Positions 17,563 to 28,648 of a DNA stretch of 64,000 nt are shown here, in pieces. The stretch's first letter is position 1. Each line of letters opens with the position of its first letter. The stretch spans positions 13,859-77,858 of the forward strand of contig JBHHVL010000006.1 of assembly GCA_046754245.1 (NCBI GenBank), written 5' to 3'. The DNA comes from Candidatus Binatia bacterium (GTDB lineage: Bacteria > Desulfobacterota > Binatia > UBA1149). The translations under genes were made by a program, and so were the position numbers. The notes under the pieces were generated by a model. The model was not told the DNA's origin. It made no database searches and worked only from the letters and a program-made list of their open reading frames with translations.

Positions 17563-20214
17563 ATGAGCGACCTCTCGACGGGAAACGAAGAAATGGCCGA
17601 GCAGGACCAGGCAGTCGCCTACGACCACCCTTCTGCAATGCGGACGGACTTCGGCATCGTCGCAGAGTTCGTCGCTCGTCGCGTCTTTGGAGACGTCGTC
17701 ATGAACGAGCGTGCGGTCAAGAAGATCCGCGAGCTGTCGCAGAGTGGGACCGTCGTCTATGTGTTGCGTTACCGCTCCTTGGTCGATTACTTTCTTGTCA
17801 ACGTCGTTCTTCGGCGCGAGGGCCTACCACTTCCCGTATTTGCTAACGGAGTGTCGGCTAGTCCCTTCGCCCCGTTGCGGGTACTCGCCCAGCGCGCGAG
17901 AGAGAAAATCGTCGGTTGGTCACTGATCTCGAAAGATCTCAAACGCATGCAGGCCCATGACTACTGTGCCCGCGCGGTGGCCGACGGAAAACCGGTTCTG
18001 ATCTTCATGCGGGGAAGGCGATCGGGGTCCATCTTCCGCCGGGGAATGCGCAGGCAACGGGGGTCCCGCGTCGGCAGTGATTACCTGCGCGAGATTGTCC
18101 ACGGACAGTGGAACAGCAAGGGATCGGACGAGAAATACATCGTGCCTCTCGCCTTGTTCCGTGGACATAGCTTCAGACGCCGTGAGACGGGCCTCTCGGC
18201 GGTGGTCTACAGCGTACAAGACGTGCCGAGTGACTCCCGCAAGTTCGTGGCCTACTGGTGGAATAGAATGGACCTGTTCATCACCGTCGGCAAAGAACTG
18301 GGAATCAGCGACTTCATGAGTCGGTACCACGCCGATTCCGAGGAACGTCTCGTCCGGAGGCTGAGTCGTGCAGTCCAGATATTCCTTCAGCGAGAGGAGC
18401 GGGTGGTGCTGGGACCCGCCCTGCAACCGAAACGCAAGATCAAGGCGATGGTCCTGGAGAACGAGGAAATGGCGGCCGGTATCCGCCGGCTCGCCGAAGA
18501 AAACCACGTATCCGTGAGCAAGCTCCGCAAAGAAGCCGACGGGTACTTCGAAGAGATGGCGGCCAATTTCAACGGCATACTGTTCGGTATACTGGCCTAC
18601 TTTTTCAAGAAGATCTGGAACAGAATGTTTACGGGTCTAGAACCCATCAATTTCGAAACCGTCATCGAAAAGGTCAGGCACCACCCCGTGGTTTTGGTAC
18701 CCTGCCATCGCAGCCATTTCGACTACTTGGTCATCACCTACCTGTTCCACCTCAATTTCGTAAGTCCTCCGCACATATTCGCTGGAATCAACATGGCGTT
18801 CTGGCCCATGGGCGCTTTTTTCCGGGCCGCGGGGGCTTACTTCGTGCGCCGTACCTTTAGTGACAACGAACTCTACAAGTTGGTCTTCAAGCAGTATCTC
18901 ACCTTCTTGATCCGTGAGGGATACACGCAGGAGTTTTTCATCGAGGGAGGCCGGAGTCGTACCGGCAAGATGCTCACCCCCAAGCTCGGCATGCTGTCGG
19001 CCACGATCAACGCCTATCTCGGTGGTGTACGTCGCGACCTCTACCTCGTACCTGTCGCGATTCACTACGGCAGGATAGTAGAAGAAGAATCATTTCAGCG
19101 CGAACTGGCCGGGGCGGAAAAACAATCGGAAAGTTTTCTTGGCCTTCTTAGGGCCAGGCAGTTCCTGTCACAGAAGTACGGTAACGTCTACGTTTCCTTC
19201 GGCGAACCGCTGTCGCTAGACGAAGCCCTCGGCGAGAACAAACAACGCTTCATCGAAGGCGCGGGTGTGCCTGAAATTGAAGAAGAGAAGAGGCGTTTCA
19301 TACAGAAGATCGGCTTTCGGATTCTTCTCGGCGTCAACGACGCGACCGTCGCGGGAGCGACGTCCATATCCTGCACCGTACTCCTTGGCGCCAGTCACGC
19401 AGGAAAACGTTACGAAGATTTCCGGCAACAGGCGAACGCCCTCGCCAAGTTGATCGCGAAACAGGGGATCCGAGAAACGGCTTCCCTGAAAAGAAACGTG
19501 GGGGATTTCAGGGAAAGTCTGACCTTCCTGGGGAACAGCGGTTTGATCGAGGTGTTGAAGAGGGGCAATTCAGAGGTGCTCGTTGTTCCGGATGGACGGC
19601 GACAAACGCTGGACTTCTACAAGAACAACCTCATTCACGCCTTTCTCCTCCCTTCGCTGGTGACCTTCGGGCTGCTCGCCGGAGACCGCGCCGAGGCACT
19701 GGTCGGAAAGGTCGAATGGTGGCTCAACTTGTTTCGATTCGAGTTTCCGCTGCCGGAACGAGAGCAACTTCCTGAGATGGTCGAGGACCTCCTCGAATAC
19801 TATCGATCGGAGGGTGCGCTGGAGGTCGATGACGCGATCCGATCCGACCACCCGCTTTGCCTGGCAACGGTGGGGGTCCTAGAGAATTTCAAAGAAGCTT
19901 ACTGGATCGTCGCACGTACCATCGTGGAGGAAGTAACTACGGAAGGATTGCAGGAAAAGCCCTTGCTCGAGGAAATACGTCGAAACTATAAGACCGGTCT
20001 ACTACTCGGCGAGTTGCTCAGACCGGAAGGGGCGTCCCTCGTCACGTTTCGTAACGCGATCAACCGCTATCGAGAACTCAAATTCGTGGCGACCGAGGAA
20101 CGGGGACGTAGTGGCCGCGAGAAACGCTACGTGCGAGGAGCGGATTTTCCTGCGCTCGCAGAAGTCGTGGACACCCTGGGTAAGGCGATTGCGCAACTGA
20201 GAGCTTCGAGGTGA
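17563..20214 (+). CDS. plsB: glycerol-3-phosphate acyltransferase PlsB
   Basis: 883 aa; acyltransferase HxxxxD motif HRSHFDYL, FIEGGRSRTGK, and the long PlsB-type C-terminal region. Confidence 0.9.
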   Translation: MSDLSTGNEEMAEQDQAVAYDHPSAMRTDFGIVAEFVARRVFGDVVMNERAVKKIRELSQSGTVVYVLRYRSLVDYFLVNVVLRREGLPLPVFANGVSASPFAPLRVLAQRAREKIVGWSLISKDLKRMQAHDYCARAVADGKPVLIFMRGRRSGSIFRRGMRRQRGSRVGSDYLREIVHGQWNSKGSDEKYIVPLALFRGHSFRRRETGLSAVVYSVQDVPSDSRKFVAYWWNRMDLFITVGKELGISDFMSRYHADSEERLVRRLSRAVQIFLQREERVVLGPALQPKRKIKAMVLENEEMAAGIRRLAEENHVSVSKLRKEADGYFEEMAANFNGILFGILAYFFKKIWNRMFTGLEPINFETVIEKVRHHPVVLVPCHRSHFDYLVITYLFHLNFVSPPHIFAGINMAFWPMGAFFRAAGAYFVRRTFSDNELYKLVFKQYLTFLIREGYTQEFFIEGGRSRTGKMLTPKLGMLSATINAYLGGVRRDLYLVPVAIHYGRIVEEESFQRELAGAEKQSESFLGLLRARQFLSQKYGNVYVSFGEPLSLDEALGENKQRFIEGAGVPEIEEEKRRFIQKIGFRILLGVNDATVAGATSISCTVLLGASHAGKRYEDFRQQANALAKLIAKQGIRETASLKRNVGDFRESLTFLGNSGLIEVLKRGNSEVLVVPDGRRQTLDFYKNNLIHAFLLPSLVTFGLLAGDRAEALVGKVEWWLNLFRFEFPLPEREQLPEMVEDLLEYYRSEGALEVDDAIRSDHPLCLATVGVLENFKEAYWIVARTIVEEVTTEGLQEKPLLEEIRRNYKTGLLLGELLRPEGASLVTFRNAINRYRELKFVATEERGRSGREKRYVRGADFPALAEVVDTLGKAIAQLRASR

Positions 20215-20217
20215 CGG

Positions 20218-20667
20218 ATGGCTGCCGTAGATGAAACGACGCTGCGCAACGAGCTAAGAGCCGCCATGAAGGCAAAGGACGCGTTACGCACGGGAGTAAT
20301 CAGAGAGATACTCGCGGCGTTGAAAAACAAGGCGATCGAGAACAAGTCGACGAACCTTGACGAACGAGAGGTCCTGGCGGTGATAAAAAGAGAAGCCAAG
20401 CAAACCGCCGAAACACTGGATTATGCCCGCAAAGCGGGCCGGGATGCCACGGTCGCAGAAACCTCAGCACGACTCGAGGTGATCAAGAGCTTCCTGCCGG
20501 TTCAGCTCGACAAGGAGCAGCTCGGGACAATAATCAGGGGTCTGATTGATGAGCAGCAGATCGGATCGGTGGGACCCCTGATGAAGGAACTCGCCGAACG
20601 CCACCCTGGCGCTTACGACGGCAAGCTGGCCAGCGGTATCGCGGCGGCTATTCTCAAAGAGCGATAG
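20218..20667 (+). CDS. yqeY: GatB/YqeY domain protein
   Basis: 149 aa; the N-terminal LRNELRAAMKAKD and C-terminal PGAYDGKLASGIAAAIL follow the YqeY family pattern. Confidence 0.8.
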   Translation: MAAVDETTLRNELRAAMKAKDALRTGVIREILAALKNKAIENKSTNLDEREVLAVIKREAKQTAETLDYARKAGRDATVAETSARLEVIKSFLPVQLDKEQLGTIIRGLIDEQQIGSVGPLMKELAERHPGAYDGKLASGIAAAILKER

Positions 20668-20695
20668 CCGGTCCCGTTTCGTTGCCGCGGTAGTG

Positions 20696-20724
20696 TTGAC
20701 AGCTTGCGTTGGGGGTAGTAATTG
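20696..20724 (+). promoter_or_regulatory. predicted promoter upstream of greA (perfect -35 TTGACA, 17-nt spacer, weak -10 TAATTG)
   Basis: Perfect TTGACA hexamer in the 67-nt yqeY-greA gap, with the greA ATG only about 10 nt past the -10 element (near-leaderless). Pattern match only. Confidence 0.2.
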
Positions 20725-20734
20725 CTCGCATCCT

Positions 20735-21220
20735 ATGGGGCAAATGCTGCCGGTCATAACCAGACTCAAAGCCGAGCTAACGGCGCTCGACCGTGAGCTT
20801 ACCGTCGACCTGCCTCGACAGATAGAGGAAGCACGCGCTCACGGAGACCTCAGTGAGAACGCCGAGTACGATGCCGCCAAGGAAAGGCAGGGGATCTTGC
20901 AGGCTCGTGTCTCCAGGCTGCAGGCGCGCATACGGGAGCTTTCTCTCTATAACACCGCGTCGATTTCTCGAGACCAGATTGGCTACGGCAGTCGCGTTGT
21001 TCTCGAGGATCTCGATACGGGAGACGAGGTCGTGTACAGTCTCGTCTTTCCGGAAGAAACGGATCCCGACCGCGGAATGGTTTCATTGCAGTCCCCCATC
21101 GGTCAAGCTTTGTTGAAACGCGGTACCGGGGACGAAGTTACGGTGCACACCCCGTCCGGAAAGCGGAGCTACGTCGTCGTGAGTCTCGAGACCTTTCACG
21201 ATCTCAGTGAGGATACCTGA
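20735..21220 (+). CDS. greA: transcription elongation factor GreA
   Basis: Coiled-coil N-domain with acidic residues AEYDAAKERQ and a C-terminal FKBP-like domain. ATG at 20735 gives 161 aa; alternative ATG at 20744. Confidence 0.85.
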   Translation: MGQMLPVITRLKAELTALDRELTVDLPRQIEEARAHGDLSENAEYDAAKERQGILQARVSRLQARIRELSLYNTASISRDQIGYGSRVVLEDLDTGDEVVYSLVFPEETDPDRGMVSLQSPIGQALLKRGTGDEVTVHTPSGKRSYVVVSLETFHDLSEDT

Positions 21221-21249
21221 ATCCGCCACTGCTACGGGAGGTGGGACCT

Positions 21250-23058
21250 ATGAGTGACTTCAATAGCATACCGGCCGTATTCTTCGCCAGCGCGGCTCGC
21301 GGTGGCGACTCGCCGCGCTACATGGTGAAACGCTCGGGGCGATGGGAAACGGTTTCCTGGAAACGGTGTCTCCAGAACGTGGAGGAGATCGCCGCGGGCC
21401 TCCTGAATCTGGGGCTCGAGCACGACGACAGGGTGGCCATCTTGGCCGCCACACGGCCAGAATGGCTGGAAGTTGATCTCGCGGCTCTGTCGATCGGCTG
21501 TGTTACCGTTCCGATCTATTCCTCGAGTCTCCCCGAGGAATGTGGCTACATCCTGAATGATTCGGGCGCCAGAGTGGTATTCGCGGAGAACCCGTCTCAG
21601 GCGAAGAAAATATTGGGAGTCGCCAAGAGCGGTATAGAGCTGTCCGGTAGCCTGATCGCGGTCCGGATCGACACCCTGATAGTTATTGAAGGCGACTGCG
21701 ATGGCTGCATGCCTCTCGACGTTCTGAGAGCTCAAGGCCGAGCGCGCCTGGAGGAATCTCGACAGGAGATTCGCCAAAGGACCGAGGAAATACACCCTGA
21801 AAAACTGGCAACGATCGTCTATACGTCGGGCACTACAGGTCAACCGAAAGGGGTAATGCAGAGTCACGGTAACCACCTTTCAGCGTTGAGGGCCGTCGCA
21901 CAGATAGGGATCGCGAGGCCCGGTGACGTCGACTTTTCCTTTCTGCCACTCGCGCATTCTTTTGGCCGAATGATGGAGTACTTCGGTCTCTATGTCAGCA
22001 CGGTAACGGCATACGCCGAAAAGATCGAAACCTTGATGGCCGATATCATGGAGGTAAAACCCCACTTCCTTCCGTCGGTGCCGAGGATATACGAGAAGGC
22101 CTACAGTGGAATCATGCAGGCCCGGGACTCGGGTGGCACGATCAAACGCCGTCTCTTTGACTGGGCGGTCGGCGTCGGGGAACGTCGGGCGGCCTACGTC
22201 AACCGTGGTGAGGCTGTGCCAACGTACCTCGGCATACAGGACAGGCTGGCGCACGCGCTGATATTTCGCAGGGTGCACGACCTGCTCGGAGGCCGCATGC
22301 GCTACATGATTTCGGGTGGGGCCCCCCTTTCTGCCCACATCATCGCGTTCTTTCATGCCGTTGGCTTGCCTATTCTCGAGGGCTACGGCCTCACCGAAAC
22401 CACCCCGATTCTCACTTGCAACCTTCCTCAACAAACCCGTATCGGCACGGTCGGCAAACCCATAGCCGGGGTGACCCTGAGAATTGCCGAAGACGGTGAA
22501 ATCCTGGCCCGAGGACCCAACATCGCCTACGGCTACTACAACAAGCCCGAGGCTACCGCCGAGGCTTGGGACGGTGAGGGCTGGTTTCACACCGGAGATA
22601 TCGGCCTAATCGAGGACGACTACCTACGCATTACCGACCGCAAAAAAGAACTGATAAAAACCGCGGGCGGCAAGTACGTCGCTCCGCAGAAGATCGAAAA
22701 CATGCTCAAGGGCATTCCCTGCGTGAGTCAGGCCGTGCTGATAGGCGACCGCCTGAAATACTGCGTCGCGCTGTTGACACTCGATATTGAAGCCTGCCAG
22801 CTCTGGTCGAAGAAGCGCGGCACCGAGCCATCGACGGCCGAGGGCTACGCCGCCAACGCCGATCTCCGAGCCGAGATCGACCGTGGGGTTCAGAGCGTAA
22901 ACGCCCGGCTCGCCTCATTCGAAAGCGTCAAGTACTTCCACATCCTTCAGCGCGATTTCTCTATCGAATCCGGTGAGTTAACGCCTAGTCTGAAAGTCAA
23001 ACGCAAGGTCGTGACCGAGCGCTACAGCAAGGAAATTTCGTCAATGGTCAGTCGCTGA
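21250..23058 (+). CDS. long-chain fatty acid--CoA ligase (AMP-dependent synthetase/ligase)
   Basis: AMP-binding motif YTSGTTGQPKGV and the motif YGLTET. The ATG at 21250 is preceded by GGGAGG with an 8-nt spacer; the track ORF begins at a GTG at 21241. Confidence 0.85.
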   Translation: MSDFNSIPAVFFASAARGGDSPRYMVKRSGRWETVSWKRCLQNVEEIAAGLLNLGLEHDDRVAILAATRPEWLEVDLAALSIGCVTVPIYSSSLPEECGYILNDSGARVVFAENPSQAKKILGVAKSGIELSGSLIAVRIDTLIVIEGDCDGCMPLDVLRAQGRARLEESRQEIRQRTEEIHPEKLATIVYTSGTTGQPKGVMQSHGNHLSALRAVAQIGIARPGDVDFSFLPLAHSFGRMMEYFGLYVSTVTAYAEKIETLMADIMEVKPHFLPSVPRIYEKAYSGIMQARDSGGTIKRRLFDWAVGVGERRAAYVNRGEAVPTYLGIQDRLAHALIFRRVHDLLGGRMRYMISGGAPLSAHIIAFFHAVGLPILEGYGLTETTPILTCNLPQQTRIGTVGKPIAGVTLRIAEDGEILARGPNIAYGYYNKPEATAEAWDGEGWFHTGDIGLIEDDYLRITDRKKELIKTAGGKYVAPQKIENMLKGIPCVSQAVLIGDRLKYCVALLTLDIEACQLWSKKRGTEPSTAEGYAANADLRAEIDRGVQSVNARLASFESVKYFHILQRDFSIESGELTPSLKVKRKVVTERYSKEISSMVSR

Positions 23059-23120
23059 TCGGCCAACGCACCGTTTGTTGCGGCCCATTTGGTCTTGTGT
23101 TAAACGTTGGCTGACGCCAG

Positions 23121-23162
23121 GGCGGCCGAGGGAGTGGTGGGCACTTCGCCTGCTTTTTTTTT
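23121..23162 (+). terminator. possible intrinsic terminator (imperfect GC stem followed by T9 tract) after the acyl-CoA ligase gene
   Basis: ggcggccgagggagtggtgggcacttcgcctgc followed by TTTTTTTTT (23154-23162), a conspicuous T-run in about 63% GC DNA. The stem is imperfect. Confidence 0.25.
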
Positions 23163-23189
23163 GCCACCCGCGGGAATGGCTTCCAGTCG

Positions 23190-23714
23190 GTGAAAGTTGC
23201 AGTGGACACCACCAGGTCCAGATTGTGGAGTCTGGCGGAGCCGCTGGCCGCAGAGCGGGGGCTTGAAGTTCTAGAAATAGAGTTCGGCGGCAGCTCCGCC
23301 AACCGGGTGGTCCGGGTTTACCTGGAGAAACCCGGTATTGACGGTTCGGTTACCCTGGAGGATTGCGAGGTCGTTAGCCGCGGCCTCGCGGACCTGCTCG
23401 ACGTTTACGACGACGTGATCTGGGGCCAGTTCATGCTTGAGATATCGTCACCGGGCCTCAACAGGCCGCTTCGCACGGCTGCGCACTTTGAGCGGGTCGT
23501 AGGAGGTCTGGTGAAGCTGCGCTTGTCTTCAGCGCTGGAGGGGCGCCGGAATTTTCGCGGCAGGCTCGAGCGGGTCGCTGAGGGAAGGCTGACCCTGCGC
23601 GATGATACCGGAAAGTTGTGGGAACTCGATCTGGACGGAGTCGAAAAAGCGAATTATCAGTACGAATTTGAGCAGCCCGAACATCGCGGTGGAAGACGTA
23701 AGGGGCGAAGGTAG
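23190..23714 (+). CDS. rimP: ribosome maturation factor RimP
   Basis: GTG start. RimP-like N-terminus LAEPLAAERGLEVLEIEF and operon position before nusA. Confidence 0.8.
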   Translation: MKVAVDTTRSRLWSLAEPLAAERGLEVLEIEFGGSSANRVVRVYLEKPGIDGSVTLEDCEVVSRGLADLLDVYDDVIWGQFMLEISSPGLNRPLRTAAHFERVVGGLVKLRLSSALEGRRNFRGRLERVAEGRLTLRDDTGKLWELDLDGVEKANYQYEFEQPEHRGGRRKGRR

Positions 23715-23720
23715 CCGATT

Positions 23721-25175
23721 ATGGAACTCGAACTAAAAAGAGCCATAGACCAGATCAGTAAGGAAAAGGGTATCGACCGCGCTCTGATAATCGAAGCCGT
23801 TGAAGAAGCGATGATATCTGCAGCCCTCAAGACCTACGGACCTGAACTGAATCTCGAAGCGAGTTATGACGCCGATACCGGAGCCGTGGAAGTATACAAG
23901 ATCCAGAGGGTCGTGGCCGAGGTCGAGGACGCAGGCACAGAAATCGCGATAGAAGCTGCGCGCGCGGAACTGGATCCTGACGCGGAGATCGGCGACGAGG
24001 TCATGATCAAGCTAGACACGGCGCCCCTCGGGCGCATCGCGGCGCAGGCGGCCAAGCAGAACATCGTTCAGAAGGTTCGCGATTACGAACGGTCGATGGT
24101 TTACGCCGAGTTCAAGGAACACGAGGGAAGCGTACAATCCGGGATAGTGATGCGCTTCGAGCGGCGCAACATCATCGTACAGTTGAGGCCCAACGTTGAT
24201 GCGATCCTTCCGGAAAAGGAACAGATTCCTCGAGAACGGTATCGTCAGGGGGACCGTATCCGGGCGATGATCGTAGCAGTGAACGAAACCGCCCGCGGCC
24301 CCCAAATCGTTCTGTCTCGAACCTCGCCGGAGCTGGTGAAGAAACTGTTCGAACAAGAGGTGCCGGAAGTTTACGAGGGAATCGTCGAAATTCGAGACGT
24401 AGTGAGAGAACCGGGCGGCAGGGCGAAGATATCGGTGTCGTCGCGTGACAGCGACGTTGACCCGGTGGGCGCTTGCGTAGGCATGAGGGGTAGCCGCGTC
24501 CAGGCCGTCGTTCAAGAACTCAGGGGCGAGCGCATCGACATAGTTCCGTGGACAACCGATGAAACCGAGTTCGTGTGCCGAGCGTTATCACCGGCCAAGG
24601 TCTCCCGTATCGTCATAGACGAAGAGGCCCGCGCCATGGAGGTCATTGTTCCCGACAGCGAGTTGTCCTTGGCCATTGGGCGCAAGGGCCAGAACGTGCG
24701 CCTCGCGGCGAAGCTTTCGAAATGGAAGCTCGACGTCCAGGGAGAAGCAGACTACGAACGCAAGCAAAGGGAGGCGCGTGGCTCGTTACAGGCCGTTGAA
24801 GGTCTCGGCGAAATGCGCGCCGAGATGTTGCTGGCCGACGGGTTCAAGTCCGCAGCCGAACTCGCGGCAACAGCGCCGGACGAGGTGGCTGAGATATTCG
24901 CGATCTCCAAGGACGAGGCCGGGGCTCTGGTCGGTGCGGCCACGGCAGCGGCCGAAATCCAGCGGCTCGTGAGTTTTGTATCTCAGGTGTCTATGGGCAT
25001 CAGCGACGCGGCCGTGGCCATCAGAACCGCGCGCGAAGAGCGAGCCGAGGCTGAGAAGAAGGCCGCTGAAGACACGGCGGAGCCCGAAGCCGGGACCGCC
25101 AGCGACGAACCAGACAGAGCAACGGTAGAGGCCGCGGGAGGAGAAGCGAGCGACACGGAGGCCACGGACGCTTGA
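23721..25175 (+). CDS. nusA: transcription termination/antitermination factor NusA
   Basis: 484 aa; S1 and KH domains (IGRKGQNVRLAAKL) and an acidic C-terminal tail. Confidence 0.9.
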   Translation: MELELKRAIDQISKEKGIDRALIIEAVEEAMISAALKTYGPELNLEASYDADTGAVEVYKIQRVVAEVEDAGTEIAIEAARAELDPDAEIGDEVMIKLDTAPLGRIAAQAAKQNIVQKVRDYERSMVYAEFKEHEGSVQSGIVMRFERRNIIVQLRPNVDAILPEKEQIPRERYRQGDRIRAMIVAVNETARGPQIVLSRTSPELVKKLFEQEVPEVYEGIVEIRDVVREPGGRAKISVSSRDSDVDPVGACVGMRGSRVQAVVQELRGERIDIVPWTTDETEFVCRALSPAKVSRIVIDEEARAMEVIVPDSELSLAIGRKGQNVRLAAKLSKWKLDVQGEADYERKQREARGSLQAVEGLGEMRAEMLLADGFKSAAELAATAPDEVAEIFAISKDEAGALVGAATAAAEIQRLVSFVSQVSMGISDAAVAIRTAREERAEAEKKAAEDTAEPEAGTASDEPDRATVEAAGGEASDTEATDA

Positions 25176-25477
25176 GTCACAAGAGGCGGCACGCTCCCAC
25201 CCGTAGTTGCGTAGGCTGCGGAGGCCGGTCCGACGCGTCGACGATGTTCCGTTTCGGAGCCGAACAAAACGGAAAGCTTGTCTTTGCGAGCCCGACTCGG
25301 TGCGGACGGAGCGCCTATCTGCACCGCTCGCGTACCTGTGTGGAACTGTTCTCGTCGCGGCGGCACCTTGAACGTTCCCTAAAAAAGAAGATCATGAAGG
25401 ACGAGAGACTGCGTTTCACCGCTACCGTACTGGTGTTGTTCGGTAAGGGCGAGGCGGGAGAACAACGAGGATCGTAG
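25172..25477 (+). CDS. ylxR: YlxR/DUF448 family protein (nusA-infB operon RNA-binding protein)
   Basis: TTG start overlapping the nusA stop by 4 nt; RxCxxC motif RSCVGCGGR characteristic of YlxR. Confidence 0.6.
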   Translation: MSHKRRHAPTRSCVGCGGRSDASTMFRFGAEQNGKLVFASPTRCGRSAYLHRSRTCVELFSSRRHLERSLKKKIMKDERLRFTATVLVLFGKGEAGEQRGS

Positions 25478-25486
25478 GCATCTGTT

Positions 25487-28324
25487 ATGGGACGCACGCG
25501 CATACACGAGCTGGCCAAACAATGGGAGGTGAAGTCAAAAGACATCATCGCCCGCCTGGAAAAAATGGGAATCAGCGGCAAGAAGGCCCAGAGCGTTCTT
25601 GACGACGCGGAGGCCGCAAGCGTCAAGAAGGAAATGGGCCTCGATGGAGCGTTTTCCGAAGCTGCGGAAGAAGGTGGCGTCGAAGAAGAGGTCACAGAGC
25701 TTCACGAGTCGGACGATGCTGCAATGGTAACCGCTATTCGGACGGTTACCAGCAAACGGGTCAAGAAGGGCGTGTTGCTTAGGCGCACGAGGCGCACGGA
25801 AATGGCGGAGCCTGGCCAGGGGGTGTGGCGTCCCGCCTTGCCTACCGGTCTTCACGCCACGACGGCTCTCTCGGTAGCACCGGATCGGCTCCTGTATTTC
25901 GACAACAGTCCGTTCGCGTCAGCCCATTCCGCGTTGGCTCTGCGTTTCGACGACCTCGCCACCGAGACCTCCCCGGCCGAAGAAACCGTCGCCGCGGTCA
26001 TTCCCGAACCGTCTGCCGAGGCTGAAGCACCGAGCCAACCCGGCGGTGCCGTCGACGACGCTACGCCTTCGGCGGACAAGCGCCCTGATGAGATCGCGGG
26101 CGAGCAGGCGGAGGACGAAAGGTCTTCCGAAACGCCGGAACCGGTCGCAGCCGTGGAGAACGGCCGCCCACTGGCCGTGGGCGGTGATTCTATTGCTGAG
26201 GAGCTGCTCAGCGCCGCGCGGGCAAGCGAGGAACAGCCCGCGGCTGAGGAAGAAAAGCCCACCACGAAGGTCGGTCCGCGAGTGCTCGGACGCATTGACC
26301 TATCAAAACGGACGGCCGTCGCGCCAACCACGCCGGCGGCGGTCGAGAAGCCACCGGCACCCGATGAACAGAAAGCGCCGGGTCGCAAACGAAAACGCAA
26401 GGTCGTCAAGAAAGAAGATCTCTTTGACGCTTTCGAGCGCGCCTACCAAGTAAGGCCGCGCAAGAAGCGACCGGTTCCCGGACAGAAGGTAATGCAGACC
26501 GCAGTCACCACCCCCAAAGCGATCAAGCGCGTGGTAAGAATCCACGAAGCGACCAGCCCTGGGGAGCTGGCGAAAGCCATGGGAATCAAATCCGGTGAGG
26601 TGTTGGGCTCTCTCATGAAGCAGGGGGTCATGGTCAACATCAACGACATGCTCGACTTCGAAACCGTGACGCTGGTCGCGGATGATTTCGGCTACACCGT
26701 CGAAAACACAGCCCTCAACGTAGACCAGCTCCTCGAAGATCCGGCGAGCCAGACCGACGAGGGGCAAGAACTCGAGCGCCGTCCGCCGGTGGTAACGGTC
26801 ATGGGGCACGTCGATCACGGTAAGACCTCGCTGTTGGACGTGATTCGCTCGAGCGACGTCGTATCAGGCGAGTCCGGAGGCATTACCCAACACATCGGCG
26901 CCTATCTCGTCGGCAAAGGCGCCGACCGCATCTGCTTCCTCGATACCCCCGGCCACGCGGCGTTCACCGCGATGCGCGCCCGCGGAGCGAGCATAACCGA
27001 CATCGTTGTATTGGTAACCGCCGCTGACGATGGCGTGATGCCACAGACCGTAGAGGCCGTCAGCCACGCCACCGACGCGGGTATTCCCATCGTCGTAGCC
27101 ATCAACAAGGTGGACAAGCCCGAGGCCAATCCGGACCGGGTCAAGCAACAACTCGCCGAGCAGGGCATCCAGCCGGAGGACTGGGGGGGAGACACACAGT
27201 TTGTCGAAGTGTCAGCGATCAACAAGACCGGCATTGATACTCTACTCGAGGCGATCAACCTGCAGGCGGAAATGCTCGAACTCAAGGCGCCGGCGACTGG
27301 CAGGGCGCAGGGGACGGTCGTCGAAGCACGGCTCGACAAGGGGCGCGGGCCGGTGGCAACCGTACTCGTTCAGCGGGGGCTGTTGAAGCGCTCGGACCAC
27401 TTCGTCTGTGGAGACGTGGCCGGACGCGTCCGCGCCATATCGGATTTCAGTGGCAAGAAAATCTCGACGGCGGGACCGTCGACCCCGGTAGAGATCATTG
27501 GTTTGGAGCGGGTGCCGGAAGCTGGGGACTCTTTCGTGGTCGTCGACGATGCGTCGCGAGCCGAACGCGTAGCGGAACTCAGGCGGGATAGTGCGAAAAA
27601 GCGAGAGGCTGTCAGTTCAACCCGCATGTCGCTGGAAGACCTGCAGCAACAGGTGGCCGAGGGCAATGTCGGGGAGCTCAAGGTAATCATTAAGGCCGAC
27701 GTCCGAGGCTCCGCAGAGGCGCTCGCGACCGCGATTGAAAAACTGGGCAACGAAGAGGTTTCACTCAACGTCATTCACCGGGCCGTAGGCGCGATCACGG
27801 AATCCGACGTCAGGCTGGCGATGGCGTCGGGGGCGGTCGTCATCGGATTCCACGTCCGTCCTGAAGGGAAGGCCCGCGCCCTGGCTGAGAGCGAAAACGT
27901 CGACATCAGGCTTCACGAAGTCATATACGAGGCGATAGACGAGATCAGGGCTGCGCTCGAAGGCCTGCTCCAGCCAGATCTCGTAGAGGTGCCAACCGGT
28001 CGCGCTGAAGTGCGGGACACCTTCTCGATCCCCGGAGGAACCGTGATCGCCGGTTCTTACGTTACGGAAGGCACGATCAGCCGCGGAAGTGACTGCAGAC
28101 TGCTGCGCGATAACGTCGTGATTTTCACCGGCAAAACGAGTAGCCTGCGTCGGTTCAAGGAAGACGTGCGAGAGGTGTCGGCCGGTTACGAGTGCGGCAT
28201 AGGGATCGAGCGCTACAACGATATTAAAGTGGGTGATGTCATTGAGGCCTTTAGAATCGACCAGGTCAAGAAGAAACTCGAGGACAGGGGCACGGAGGCC
28301 CCACCGGCAGAGCGGTCTCCGTGA
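25487..28324 (+). CDS. infB: translation initiation factor IF-2
   Basis: 945 aa; G-domain [22 protein letters not shown], and NKVD (after an N-terminal Glu/Ala-rich region). Confidence 0.95.
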   Translation: MGRTRIHELAKQWEVKSKDIIARLEKMGISGKKAQSVLDDAEAASVKKEMGLDGAFSEAAEEGGVEEEVTELHESDDAAMVTAIRTVTSKRVKKGVLLRRTRRTEMAEPGQGVWRPALPTGLHATTALSVAPDRLLYFDNSPFASAHSALALRFDDLATETSPAEETVAAVIPEPSAEAEAPSQPGGAVDDATPSADKRPDEIAGEQAEDERSSETPEPVAAVENGRPLAVGGDSIAEELLSAARASEEQPAAEEEKPTTKVGPRVLGRIDLSKRTAVAPTTPAAVEKPPAPDEQKAPGRKRKRKVVKKEDLFDAFERAYQVRPRKKRPVPGQKVMQTAVTTPKAIKRVVRIHEATSPGELAKAMGIKSGEVLGSLMKQGVMVNINDMLDFETVTLVADDFGYTVENTALNVDQLLEDPASQTDEGQELERRPPVVTVMGHVDHGKTSLLDVIRSSDVVSGESGGITQHIGAYLVGKGADRICFLDTPGHAAFTAMRARGASITDIVVLVTAADDGVMPQTVEAVSHATDAGIPIVVAINKVDKPEANPDRVKQQLAEQGIQPEDWGGDTQFVEVSAINKTGIDTLLEAINLQAEMLELKAPATGRAQGTVVEARLDKGRGPVATVLVQRGLLKRSDHFVCGDVAGRVRAISDFSGKKISTAGPSTPVEIIGLERVPEAGDSFVVVDDASRAERVAELRRDSAKKREAVSSTRMSLEDLQQQVAEGNVGELKVIIKADVRGSAEALATAIEKLGNEEVSLNVIHRAVGAITESDVRLAMASGAVVIGFHVRPEGKARALAESENVDIRLHEVIYEAIDEIRAALEGLLQPDLVEVPTGRAEVRDTFSIPGGTVIAGSYVTEGTISRGSDCRLLRDNVVIFTGKTSSLRRFKEDVREVSAGYECGIGIERYNDIKVGDVIEAFRIDQVKKKLEDRGTEAPPAERSP

Positions 28325-28351
28325 AAGCAGGCCCTCTCCGTCGGTGGCCTG

Positions 28352-28639
28352 ATGGTCGTCGGAGTGCTGAAACTCGTGCTGTTGCTGCCGGCGAACCGAA
28401 GCCTCAAGGGCAAACGTTCGGTTGTTAACTCGATCAAGAGCCGAATCGCACACCGCTTCAACGTTTCGGTGGTCGAGGCGGCCGACCTCGACAGCCTCCA
28501 CAAGATATCACTCGGCGTGGTTCAAGCGGGAAACGATCGGAGCCACGTAGACCGTAGTTTGAGAGAGGTCGCGCGCTTCATTCGGGACTTGCACCTCGCC
28601 CGTAGTGGCGAAGAGAGCTACTGTTTCGACAACTACTGA
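28352..28639 (+). CDS. DUF503 family protein (YlxP-like)
   Basis: 95-aa product MVVGVLKLVLLLPANRSLKGKRSVVNSIKSRI..., the conserved DUF503 pattern found between infB and rbfA. Confidence 0.7.
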   Translation: MVVGVLKLVLLLPANRSLKGKRSVVNSIKSRIAHRFNVSVVEAADLDSLHKISLGVVQAGNDRSHVDRSLREVARFIRDLHLARSGEESYCFDNY

Positions 28640-28648
28640 TTATCGGAT

